From a virus (lineage: Duplodnaviria; Caudoviricetes): a DNA stretch of 34,564 nt. Position numbers and translations under genes: made by a program. Where the stretch lies: positions 1 through 34,564 of the IMG/VR virus record IMGVR_UViG_3300037722_000464, one strand, 5' to 3'. Within the stretch, counting starts at the first letter, position 1. The number at the start of each line of letters is the position of its first letter. Shown here in pieces: positions 6,711 through 16,200 of this stretch. A model generated the notes under the pieces. That model saw only the letters and a list, made by a program, of their open reading frames with translations. It did no database searches and was not told where the DNA came from.

Positions 6711-7262
6711 ATGAAAACCCTTTTTTCGCCGTTCTTCTTTCTCTTTGCCTGGCTGGCGATGGCACTGACCGTGTTCTTCACCCCTCGTCGCAGCTTCCCC
6801 ATGGTGGTCGACCCCCTCCCCCGGGGGGATGTCTACGGCACCAGCTCGACCAAGCTGCGCACCAATCCGGTGCAGCGGGTCGGGGTCATCGACCTGGGCG
6901 CCCGGGTGCGTTACATGAATGAGGTCTACACCCAGGGGGCGGCTGACGGCACCCTGGGGGATGTGCTGCACCTGCCGCCCCTTCCCACGGGGGCGCAGAT
7001 CCTCGCGCACCTGTGCCAGGTCACCAACTCGGCCGGTAACGCCGCGGCCACCCTGGCGCTCGGCAAAACCGGCGCCGCCACCGCCCTGCTGGCGGCGACG
7101 GCGATCACCGACGCCGGGACCCGGGCCTGCACTCCTCCGGCTGACGGCGCCGCCGACGTGACCCTGGCCGACAGCGAGGAACTGATTGCCACCAACGCCG
7201 GCGCCGCGATCAAGGCCGGGCAGGTGATCCGCTTCCGCATCGCCTTTGTCGAAAATTCCTGA
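6711..7262 (+). CDS. Probable capsid decoration/cement protein with hydrophobic N-terminal extension
   Basis: AAGGAG SD then ATG 6711. Ala/Gly/Thr-rich beta-type body (GDVLHLPPLPTGAQIL...GQVIRFRIAFV). Position after the capsid gene. Confidence 0.65.
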   Translation: MKTLFSPFFFLFAWLAMALTVFFTPRRSFPMVVDPLPRGDVYGTSSTKLRTNPVQRVGVIDLGARVRYMNEVYTQGAADGTLGDVLHLPPLPTGAQILAHLCQVTNSAGNAAATLALGKTGAATALLAATAITDAGTRACTPPADGAADVTLADSEELIATNAGAAIKAGQVIRFRIAFVENS

Positions 7263-7271
7263 GCATTGAAT

Positions 7272-7301
7272 GAACGGGGGAGGTTTCTCCCCCGTTCTCT
7301 T
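7272..7301 (+). terminator. Intrinsic terminator after head genes
   Basis: 11-bp stem GAACGGGGGAG-GTTT-CTCCCCCGTTC then TCTT. Confidence 0.65.
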
Positions 7302-7327
7302 GAGTGCTCACCCCGAGGGAGGTTCCT

Positions 7328-7885
7328 GTGGAAAACCAGCTTGAAGTTGTCAACAACGCCCTGATCTACCTTGGGGAGCCGCCGCTGCAGGAACTCGGCC
7401 TCGAAAAACCCGGCGCCTCGGCCGCTGCCGGCGCCCTGTGGAACGGCGCCTTGAAAGAAGTCTTGCGCAGCCATCCGTGGAACTTTGCCGTTCGGCGGGT
7501 GCAGCTGGCGCCGCTGGCCGTGGCCCCGTCCTACGGGTTCAGTTATCAGTATCAGCGCCCCGCCGACTGGCTGCGCACCCTCGAAACCTCGGCCCGCGAC
7601 TATCGGCACGAGGGAAAGCTGATCCTCTGCGACGCCTCGGCGCTGAACCTGCGCTACATCGCCCGCATCGATGACCTCACCGTGTGGGACGCCCTGGCCT
7701 GCGCCGCCCTGGCCCGCAACCTGGCCGCCAAACTCGCCTATCCCCTGACTCAATCGACCAGTCTGCAACAGGCGCAGTGGGAGATGTACGTGGCCCTGCT
7801 CAACCAGGCGCGCGGCGTCGACGCTCAGGAAGAGCCGTCCGAAGATTTTGAAGAGTCGAGCCTGATCACCGCGAGGTATAGCTGA
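7328..7885 (+). CDS. Tail adaptor (tail tubular protein A, T7 gp11-like)
   Basis: GGAGG then GTG 7328. VVNNALIYLGE, LRSHPWNFA, YQYQRPADWLR. Confidence 0.88.
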   Translation: MENQLEVVNNALIYLGEPPLQELGLEKPGASAAAGALWNGALKEVLRSHPWNFAVRRVQLAPLAVAPSYGFSYQYQRPADWLRTLETSARDYRHEGKLILCDASALNLRYIARIDDLTVWDALACAALARNLAAKLAYPLTQSTSLQQAQWEMYVALLNQARGVDAQEEPSEDFEESSLITARYS

Positions 7886-10182
7886 TGGCCAAGCTGACCG
7901 TCCAGCAAAGCAGCCTCAACGGTGGTGAAATCTCCCCCCTGCTGCACGGCCGCATGGATATCCCCCGGTATCAATCCGGCCTCGAGCTGTGCCGCAACGC
8001 CCTGCCCAAGGTCACCGGCGGTGTCTCGCGCCGCGCCGGATCGATGCTGGCGGCGACCGAACCGGCCTTTACAGTGCTGCTCCCCTTTCGGCCGATCATC
8101 GGCGGCAAGGTCAAGGGGTACGGGGTGGAGCTCTCCGACCTGGCGGCGCGGTTCGTGGTGCACCGTACCCCCATCGAAACCGCCCCCGGGGTTCGCTATG
8201 AAATCGTAACCCCCTACACAGAGGCGCAGCTGCGGGACGTGGTGCCGCAACAGATCGAATCGACGCTGTATCTGTTTCATCCGGATCACTTCCCCCGGCG
8301 GTTGATCCGCAACACAGATACGGATTGGACCTTGGAAGCGGTGCCGTTTTACGAGCTGCCGCAATATCGCCCCGTCGAGTCGACCTTATTAAGTATGCAG
8401 CTGGCCAGTAACGTCTCTCCGACAACCATGACCACCACTGTTCCCTTTTTTGAAGATAAGCATGTCGGCGCCGTTTTTCACGTTCTCGGTGGGTTGGCCG
8501 AGGTCACGGCTATTACCTCCCCGACTGTGGCTGAGGTGGATATTGTCGGTGATTTCCCGACCACGATCCCGATCGGCCAGATCCGCAAAACATTCTCCCT
8601 GGCGATATCGGCTGGATTGATGACGATTCCTGCTGAATTCGTTTTTGAAGGGGCTTCCAAATCTGCACTGGGTCTGGTTTATAAACTCAACCCCATTTCG
8701 GCGCCGGCTGGCATTACCGTGACAGCTGTTTTTACTCATAGAATTTTTGTTCCTAGTTTTTGGACAGTAACCGTCAATATCGATCCGGCCGGTCTGATTG
8801 GTGACGAGGTATTCGAAGTCAGTTTTGAGTGTACCGGCGTTTCTGCCGATTTACTGGTGGGCTTTTCTGGCGCGGCGGCCGGAGTGGTTCTCACCCAGAC
8901 GGAAGCAACCTTTGAAACGGTCGGGATCACACCCGATTTTGACTGGACAATCGACGCATGGTCCCCCCTCTTCGGCTACCCCCGCACCGCCACCGCCTTC
9001 GAGCAGCGCCTGGTCATGGGCAGCACCTACGAACAGCCCCTGTCATGGTGGACCAGCGGCAACGGCAACTCCCTCAATGTCATCGCCGGCACCCTTGATG
9101 ATGCGCCCATAACCGCTTCCCTGGCCGCCGGTGGTTCCCAGCTCCATCACCTCATCGCCACCAACCAGCTCCTGGCCCTTCTTGCCGATCAGGAATTCAC
9201 CATCAAGGGGAGCAACGATGCCGCCCTGACACCGACCAATATCCAGATTCGCGGACGCACCGGGCACGGCACCAGCTCCCTGGCCAAGCCGGTGAAGTCC
9301 GGAGATGGGGATGTGCTCTTCGTCGGCTTTGACGGCAAGTCGCTGCGGTCCTTTCGCTACTCGCTGACCGATGACGATTTTGTCGCTCCAGATATCGCCA
9401 TTGTCGCCGAGCATCTTCTCGGCGCCGGGCTGGTGGGGATGGTCTGGACGCGCTCCCCGCAGCCGTCAATCTGGGCCTGGACCGTCGAGGGGTGGCTGGT
9501 CTCCCTGGTCTATGACCGTACGCAAGAGGTGATTGCCTGGAGCCGTCACTATTCGGACGCATCGGAAACATATCTTTCGGCCGCCGTCTGGCCCGACGAG
9601 AACGGGACTGACCGGGTCTGGGTGACGGTGGAGCGCACGGTGAACGGCGTGCCGACTGTCTTTCTCGAATATTTTGACGAGGCGCTGCAGGTCGATTGCG
9701 GCCTGATCGCCGAAAGCGACCCGGCCACGGACACCTGGGCGGTGGCGCACCTCGAAGGGATGACCGTCGACGTGGTGGCGGACGGCTTTGTGCATCGCCC
9801 CGTCGTCGTCGCCGGCGGGCAGATCGTCCTCGATTATCCCGCCGCGTCGGTGCAGATCGGCCTGCACTACAAGACGATCATCAAGGATTTGCCACCCTAT
9901 CTGCAGGGGGCCACCGGCGCCGCCGCCACCTGCAAGGGGATCCGCGTTTTGCTGCACGAAAGCCAGGGGTGCACCATCAACGGCGAAGAGGTTCCCTTTG
10001 CCGCCTTCAGCGAGGTGCTGCTCGACCAGCCCCTGGCGCCCTTCACCGGCTGGAAAAAGGTGGGGACCATGACCGGCTGGGGAACCGACGGCACCACCAT
10101 GCAGGTGACCATCGAGCAGGACGTGCCGCTGCCGCTCACCGTGCTGTCCATCGTCAAGGAGATCGCCGTCAACAATGGTTAA
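7885..10182 (+). CDS. Tail nozzle (tail tubular protein B, T7 gp12-like)
   Basis: QSSLNGGEISPLLHGRMD..RY, GGVSRRAG, GYPRTATAFEQRL, QEVIAWSRH, PLPLTVLSI. Confidence 0.9.
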   Translation: MAKLTVQQSSLNGGEISPLLHGRMDIPRYQSGLELCRNALPKVTGGVSRRAGSMLAATEPAFTVLLPFRPIIGGKVKGYGVELSDLAARFVVHRTPIETAPGVRYEIVTPYTEAQLRDVVPQQIESTLYLFHPDHFPRRLIRNTDTDWTLEAVPFYELPQYRPVESTLLSMQLASNVSPTTMTTTVPFFEDKHVGAVFHVLGGLAEVTAITSPTVAEVDIVGDFPTTIPIGQIRKTFSLAISAGLMTIPAEFVFEGASKSALGLVYKLNPISAPAGITVTAVFTHRIFVPSFWTVTVNIDPAGLIGDEVFEVSFECTGVSADLLVGFSGAAAGVVLTQTEATFETVGITPDFDWTIDAWSPLFGYPRTATAFEQRLVMGSTYEQPLSWWTSGNGNSLNVIAGTLDDAPITASLAAGGSQLHHLIATNQLLALLADQEFTIKGSNDAALTPTNIQIRGRTGHGTSSLAKPVKSGDGDVLFVGFDGKSLRSFRYSLTDDDFVAPDIAIVAEHLLGAGLVGMVWTRSPQPSIWAWTVEGWLVSLVYDRTQEVIAWSRHYSDASETYLSAAVWPDENGTDRVWVTVERTVNGVPTVFLEYFDEALQVDCGLIAESDPATDTWAVAHLEGMTVDVVADGFVHRPVVVAGGQIVLDYPAASVQIGLHYKTIIKDLPPYLQGATGAAATCKGIRVLLHESQGCTINGEEVPFAAFSEVLLDQPLAPFTGWKKVGTMTGWGTDGTTMQVTIEQDVPLPLTVLSIVKEIAVNNG

Positions 10183-10516
10183 GCTCGAAAGCCGACAACA
10201 GGGGACGTGCTTCATCTTCTCGGCGTATATCGACGGCGCCGAGGTCGCCACCATGACCGCCGAATTTCACGGGGACAACGTGATGATCCACAACACCGTT
10301 TTCCGCTGGGGTCCGCAGGTGTTGAGAGCGCTGCGCCTCCTCTTTGCCGACGCCCGCACGACGTTGCGCGAGGCCGGGGCCAAGCTCCTGATTGCCAGCG
10401 CCGTCAACGAGCCGCACAAGCGCCGTCATTATTGGAAATTGATCGGGTTCGAATGTTTCGGCACCTGTGAAGAGCAACCCGGGCGCATTGCCCATTTCGC
10501 CGTCATGGAGGCCTGA
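10175..10516 (+). CDS. GNAT-fold-like small protein at the T7 gp13 position
   Basis: 113 aa ending RHYWKLIGFE; position after the nozzle. Confidence 0.55.
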   Translation: MVKLESRQQGTCFIFSAYIDGAEVATMTAEFHGDNVMIHNTVFRWGPQVLRALRLLFADARTTLREAGAKLLIASAVNEPHKRRHYWKLIGFECFGTCEEQPGRIAHFAVMEA

Positions 10517-11071
10517 ATGGGTGTAGCAGAAGTCGCAGTCATCGGCTTGATTATCTCCGCCGCCGGGGCCGCGTATTCGGGGCACAAGGCGATGATCGCC
10601 GGCAAAGACGCAAAGAGCGCCGCCAACGATGCCGCTCGAGGTGAAGAAGAAGCCGCCGCCGCCGAGGCCGCCAGCATTCGCGACAGGGCGCAGCGGGTCA
10701 AGGCGACCCAGCGTGCCGCCCTGGCCGGTGCCGGGGTCAAGCTCGGCGAAGCGGGGACCGGGGCCGAGATCCTCGGCGAGACGGACCGCCTCTCCGAACA
10801 GGACGCCCTGGCCGTGCTCAAAGAAGGCGCCAACCGGGCCGCCCTGCTGCGCAAGCAGGGGGATCAGGCCGCCGCCACCGGCCGCAGTCAGGCCACCGCC
10901 TCGGGAATCAATGCCGCCGGCTCCGCCGTGAACGGTGCCTCAAAGATCCGCGCCGCCAACGCCCCGGCCCGCACCACGGCCGCCGCCCTCGACGGGGCCG
11001 CGCTCACGCTGGCCAGCCGCGCCGCGCCGCGCTATTCGCTGATCGATTCTAAAACCACCTCCCAGCCCTAG
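10517..11071 (+). CDS. Small internal virion (ejection) protein, gp14-like
   Basis: Ala/Gly-rich, hydrophobic N-terminus, QRAALAGAGVKL..GT motif. Confidence 0.8.
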   Translation: MGVAEVAVIGLIISAAGAAYSGHKAMIAGKDAKSAANDAARGEEEAAAAEAASIRDRAQRVKATQRAALAGAGVKLGEAGTGAEILGETDRLSEQDALAVLKEGANRAALLRKQGDQAAATGRSQATASGINAAGSAVNGASKIRAANAPARTTAAALDGAALTLASRAAPRYSLIDSKTTSQP

Positions 11072-11079
11072 AGGGACCC

Positions 11080-11319
11080 ATGGAAAAACAGACCCTCAAT
11101 GAGGCCGACCTGGAGGCCATTAAGTCCCGGCTCGCCGGTCATTCCTGTCAGTTCGATCTGACCCAGGAGGACGCCATTTTTCTCAAGAAGCTAAATCACG
11201 GCACCAATGCCACGGCCTGGCTGCTGTTTAAAGGATTTTTGGCTCTGGTCTTCATCGGTCTGATCTTTTTCGCCGGTTTTGGGCTCTTCGCCAAGATCGT
11301 CGCCAGCGGGGTGCATTGA
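11080..11319 (+). CDS. Small single-TM membrane protein
   Basis: GAGG SD. Acidic N-terminus, HSCQF, C-terminal hydrophobic helix. Confidence 0.65.
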   Translation: MEKQTLNEADLEAIKSRLAGHSCQFDLTQEDAIFLKKLNHGTNATAWLLFKGFLALVFIGLIFFAGFGLFAKIVASGVH

Positions 11320-13262
11320 TGGCGCGGATTCCAGACGCATATTTTGCCGCCGGTTTCGGCCAGAAACTGGCCCAGCCTCAAGGCGTCGTCGGGCCCGACC
11401 CCAGCGGCGGCCAGGCGATCGCCGCGGCCGCGCAGAACCTCGGCGGTGCGGTGACAAATTTCGGCACCGATCTGGTCTATGAAAAAAGCCAGGCGAAAAA
11501 AGCCCAGATGGATGAATTCGAGCGCCTTGAAAAACTGCGCCGCGACAGCGAGGCCCGCAGCTCTCTCTTTACCCACGAGAACACCCTGGGGCAGGTGGTC
11601 GACGAGCTGGCCCGGGACAAGGAGCTCACCCCCAAAGAAAAGCGCGATCAGTTCAAAGAGCAGTCCGACAAGGTGCGCACCAGCTTCGAGCAGACGGTGC
11701 CCGAAGAATATCGCTACGCCTTCGGTCCCGCCTTTGACGAGCACCGCACCCGGGCCGAATCGGCCCTGGACGGTCACCTGCGCAAGGAACTGCAGGACGG
11801 CACCCGGGCCAACGGTCTGGTGGCCAGAGAAGCGCTGCTGAATTCGGCCAAGCCGCTCGGGGAAAAGCTCGCGCTCATCAAAGACCCCGACGCCTTCGAC
11901 TGGGAGGCCGAAGGGTACAGCGAAGAAGACCGGGCCAAGGTCGTCGCCAGCCTCGCCGAACAGGCCACCGAAGGCGAAGTGGCCCAGCGCCTCAATCAGG
12001 ACGATCCCCGCCAGGTGCTCAAGGCTCTGCGCGAGACGACCGGCGAAGGGGGCGATTATGCCCGCTACAACGACCTGACCCCGAAGACCCGGCAGGCGTA
12101 CATCCGCACCGCCAAGGCGATGATCGATCAGCAGGAGGCCGACGCCGCCCGGCGGGCCAAAGAGGGCAAGACCGCCCGGGACGATGCCGCCAAGAACGCC
12201 TTCGAGCGCTACAAAGAGATGCGCGAGGGGCTCTTTCCCATCGATCCGAAACAGGAGGCCGCATTCTGGAAGACGGTCGGCGGCACCGATTATGAAGACA
12301 GAGCCCGCGACGTGCGCAAGACGACCGGCGCCCTCGGCTTCGTGACCGACAAAATCAGGACGGACCCCCTCAAATACGGCGCCGCTCAAATGGGGTTCGA
12401 CGTGCCGCAGCTCTCCCTCGATGATCCGACGAGCTGGCCCGAGCAGCTGACCGCCCGGGCCGAGATTGCCGCCTCCATCAAGGCCTCGGCCGGGTTGCCG
12501 TACCTCCCCGTTTTGACCAACGACGAAGCGGCCGGACTCTCCGGGATGTTCAAGACGCAGGCGCCGCTGGCTCAAATCAACACCATCAAGGCGCTGCAGC
12601 AGGGGCTCGGCACCGATTCGGTGAAGCAGATGGCGCGGCAGTTCGCCGCTTCCGACCGCGATCTGGGGATGATCGTCGGACTGGTGACCGCAGGCCGCGC
12701 TCCGGCGGCCTATCACGTCGCCGAAGGGCGCCGCCTGCTCACCGAAAAGGCGGTGCCGATGACCGCCGCGCTGCAAGTTGACATGAGGACCCGCTTTGAC
12801 AACACGGTGGACGATGCACTGACCGGGCTCCCCCAGGTGCGCGAAGGGTTTCACGACGCGGTGACCGCCGCTTATCTGTCGCTGCAGTCCGGCCGCGAGG
12901 TTGCCGACGGCACCCTGAACAAAAAAGCCTATGACGAGGCGTTGCTGATGGTCCTCGGCGGCGAACCGGCCAAGGTCAACGGCAAGAAGGTGCTCCTCCC
13001 TGACGGTATCAGCGAGGCGCAGTTTCTCACCAACATCAAGCGCATCGATGCCGCAACGGTGGAGAGTGCCGGCGGGGTGTTGGGGTTTGCCAGCGCAGGG
13101 GAGGCCGCCGAGGCGATCCGCGATGATGCCGAGTTGTGGGAAGCGGGAAACGGCCGCTATCGGTTCGCCGTCGATGGCCGGTTTCTCATGACGCCTGAAG
13201 GCAAAACCTTCGAGCTCAACCTGGCCGACATGGCCGGGATGAAGTTTCCGGTGAGGAGATAA
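11316..13262 (+). CDS. Internal virion/ejection protein (gp15-like position)
   Basis: 648 aa helical protein starting MARIP, located among the ejection genes. Confidence 0.75.
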   Translation: MMARIPDAYFAAGFGQKLAQPQGVVGPDPSGGQAIAAAAQNLGGAVTNFGTDLVYEKSQAKKAQMDEFERLEKLRRDSEARSSLFTHENTLGQVVDELARDKELTPKEKRDQFKEQSDKVRTSFEQTVPEEYRYAFGPAFDEHRTRAESALDGHLRKELQDGTRANGLVAREALLNSAKPLGEKLALIKDPDAFDWEAEGYSEEDRAKVVASLAEQATEGEVAQRLNQDDPRQVLKALRETTGEGGDYARYNDLTPKTRQAYIRTAKAMIDQQEADAARRAKEGKTARDDAAKNAFERYKEMREGLFPIDPKQEAAFWKTVGGTDYEDRARDVRKTTGALGFVTDKIRTDPLKYGAAQMGFDVPQLSLDDPTSWPEQLTARAEIAASIKASAGLPYLPVLTNDEAAGLSGMFKTQAPLAQINTIKALQQGLGTDSVKQMARQFAASDRDLGMIVGLVTAGRAPAAYHVAEGRRLLTEKAVPMTAALQVDMRTRFDNTVDDALTGLPQVREGFHDAVTAAYLSLQSGREVADGTLNKKAYDEALLMVLGGEPAKVNGKKVLLPDGISEAQFLTNIKRIDAATVESAGGVLGFASAGEAAEAIRDDAELWEAGNGRYRFAVDGRFLMTPEGKTFELNLADMAGMKFPVRR

Positions 13263-13265
13263 ACG

Positions 13266-16200
13266 ATGCTCGATCTGTTCGGCGAAACAGAAAAGCCCCT
13301 GACGGGAGAAGTCTACACCGGACCGGAGCCGGGGCTGCTGGACCTATTCAAGCAGGGCGCCATGGCGGTGCCTCGCGGGGTTCTGCGCCTGGCCTCGGCG
13401 GCCGCCATGACCGTGGCCCCCGTCTTTCCTTCAGAAGACGAGGCGACCTTTGCCGCCAAGCGGGGGCGCCCCCTGTCGGAGAGTCGCGGGTTTCCCAGCC
13501 AGGAAGACTTTTATCGCTTCACCGAGCAGCGTATCGACCCGGCGATTAACTATCTGACTCCCGATCCGGAAAGCCAGGACACGGCAGGTAAGATCGTCTC
13601 GGCCCTGTTTGAGCTCCCGGGTCAGCTGATTGCCGGTCCGGCTGGAATTATCGCCACCCCCTCGATGACGGTCGGCAAGGAATTAATCGAACAGGGCGTC
13701 GATTCAACCACCGCCACCCTGGCCGCCGCCGCTACCGGCGCCGCCATGGCGGCCGCCATTAAAATTCCCGCCTCCGGTAAGACCCTCAAGCAGACCCTCG
13801 GTCTGATCGCCGCCAACCCGGTGGTCGGAGCCGCGCAGGATTTCGGGACCTCCGAGCTGTTGAAACTGCGCGGGTACGAAGATCAGGCGCAGATGTTCGA
13901 CCCCTTCGACCCGGCCGCCCGGTCCATCGACCTGGTGCTGGGCGGGTTCTTCGGGGGCCTCGCCGAATACGGCCGGTGGCGCAAGACCCGCGCACCGCAA
14001 GAAGTGGTCGACGCCATCGACACCGTGGAGACGGTGAAGCAGCAATCAAGCCTTTCCCCCTTCGTGGCGCAGTACAGCAACGAACATCGCTCTGCCATCG
14101 CGACAGCCATGCAGAACCTTGCCGAAGGCAAACCCGTCGACGTGGCCCGGCAGATCGAGACGACCCGGCCCAAAGCCCCCGAACCAAGCTACACCGCCGA
14201 GCGATTCAAGACCGAAGTTAAAGAGGTCTTCGGCCTGAGTGCCGATCACGCCGACGCCGCCCTGGCGCTGGTGGCGGCCCGCGCCAAAGTGGCCGGCGAA
14301 AATGTCGACGCCTACATTAATAAGCGCATCGCCGGAGTGACCCGGGATCTTCCCGCCGAAGAGGCGCTGCTGTATCAATATCCCAACGTCTCCCGCGAGG
14401 ACGCCCTGGCCGCCAAGTCGATGGTCATCGAGCGCATGGCCAAGGTCGAGCCCGACAGCGAAGCCTCCATGCGCCTCGAAATCATGCTCGAGCAGTACAA
14501 CAGCATTATCGCCGGCACCGCCAGCTATGCCGATTATCAGCCCGCCGCGCTCTTTCAGGGGCGCGAGCTGGTGCAACCCTTCTACTCCAAGGTGCTCGCC
14601 GAAGTGCAGGGGCTCACGCAAGAGAAGTGGAACGGCGAGCAGCTGCTGGGCAAACTGCGCAAGACGCCCGGGGTCAAAGGGGAGGAACTGGCCTGGACCG
14701 GCCTTGATGAGTTTCTGGCCGGGAAAAAGAGCGTGACCCGGCAGGAGGTGCAGGGGTTTCTGGAGGAGAATCAGGTGCGGGTTCAGGAGGTGGTGAAGGG
14801 GGGGCAGGGGTTTGCTTCTCTGACCGCGCTTAATCAATTCCGGTCAGATATGGGCAAAAAATATAAAACTGAATATTCGTATGAGTGGCCGAGTGATGTT
14901 CAGAATGAGTTATTGCGGCTTAAAGCTTTGGCCGATAACCCTCCAGAAGTCACCAAATATGAAAATTATGTTTTGCCGGGTGGTAAAAACTACCGCGAAC
15001 TATTGCTGACCCAGCCGGGGAAATGGACGGAAGCAATTCACGATGAATATAGCAAATTGGTGGCTGAGAAGATTTCTCGCCAATCTGTGGCTAAAGAAGA
15101 TTTGTCGCCAGAGAAACAGCAGCGGTTGGAAGAACTGGCCGCCAAAAAGAAAGCTTCTTTTCGCTCCGGTCATTTCGATGAACCTGACATCCTCGCCCAC
15201 ATCCGCTTCAACGAACGTACCGGAGCGGGCGGCGAGAAGATCCTGCACCTCGAAGAAGTGCAAAGCGATTGGCATCAGGCTGGACGATCCAAGGGGTACG
15301 CGGCCGAGGGCGGCAAGATCCCCGACGCTCCGTTTAAAAAGACCTGGCACGAACTGGCCTTTCGCCGGGCGCTACGTCATGCCGCCGAGAACGGTTTCGA
15401 CCGGCTCACCTGGACGACCGGAGAACAGCAGGCGGGGCGTTACGATCTGAGTAAGAAGCTTGATTCGATGAGCTACGAGTACCGCGATGGACAGTACCAC
15501 ATCACCGGTGAGCCAAAGGGCGGCGAATCACAGGATTTTGGCACCTTCCGCGAGGCGCAGCTGGAAGACGCTATCGGTAAGGAAATGGCCGAGAAAATCC
15601 GGGCGCAACGGGCGGAGGGAAAAAATAGCGCGACCTTCAACGGCGACGGACTCAAGATCGGCGGCGAAGGGATGCGCGGTTTTTATGACAAGATCCTGCC
15701 GAACTACGCCGAGAAGTTCGGCAAGAAGTTCGGGGCGAAGGTTGAAAATGCAACCTTGAAAACCAGAGATATGGAGTTTTCAAAATTTGAAGCCCAACAT
15801 AAAAAGATGTATCCGAAAGCAACCCCGGAAGAGATAGAACGTGCTTTTTCAAATTACACCATGCCTGAAACCGTGCACAGCCTGCCGATCACCGACGCCA
15901 TGCGCGACGCCCTGCTCTACGAAGGGCAACCCCTGTTCCAGGGGGAAAAGGGCGCCGTCTCTTTTCTCGCCGATGGTCGGGCGCTGATCCATGCCCTGGA
16001 GGCGCCCGACTTCTCCACCGTGGTCCACGAGCTGGGGCACATCTTCCGGCGCGATCTGGCCCGGCCCGAGCTGGCGCAGCTGGAAACCTGGCTCCTCTCG
16101 AAGGTGCCGGGGAGCAAGTGGGAGGTGGCCGACGAAGAGAAATTCGCCCGGGCCTTCGAGCGGTATCTGGCCGAAGGCAAGGCGCCGGACGAAAGCCTGA

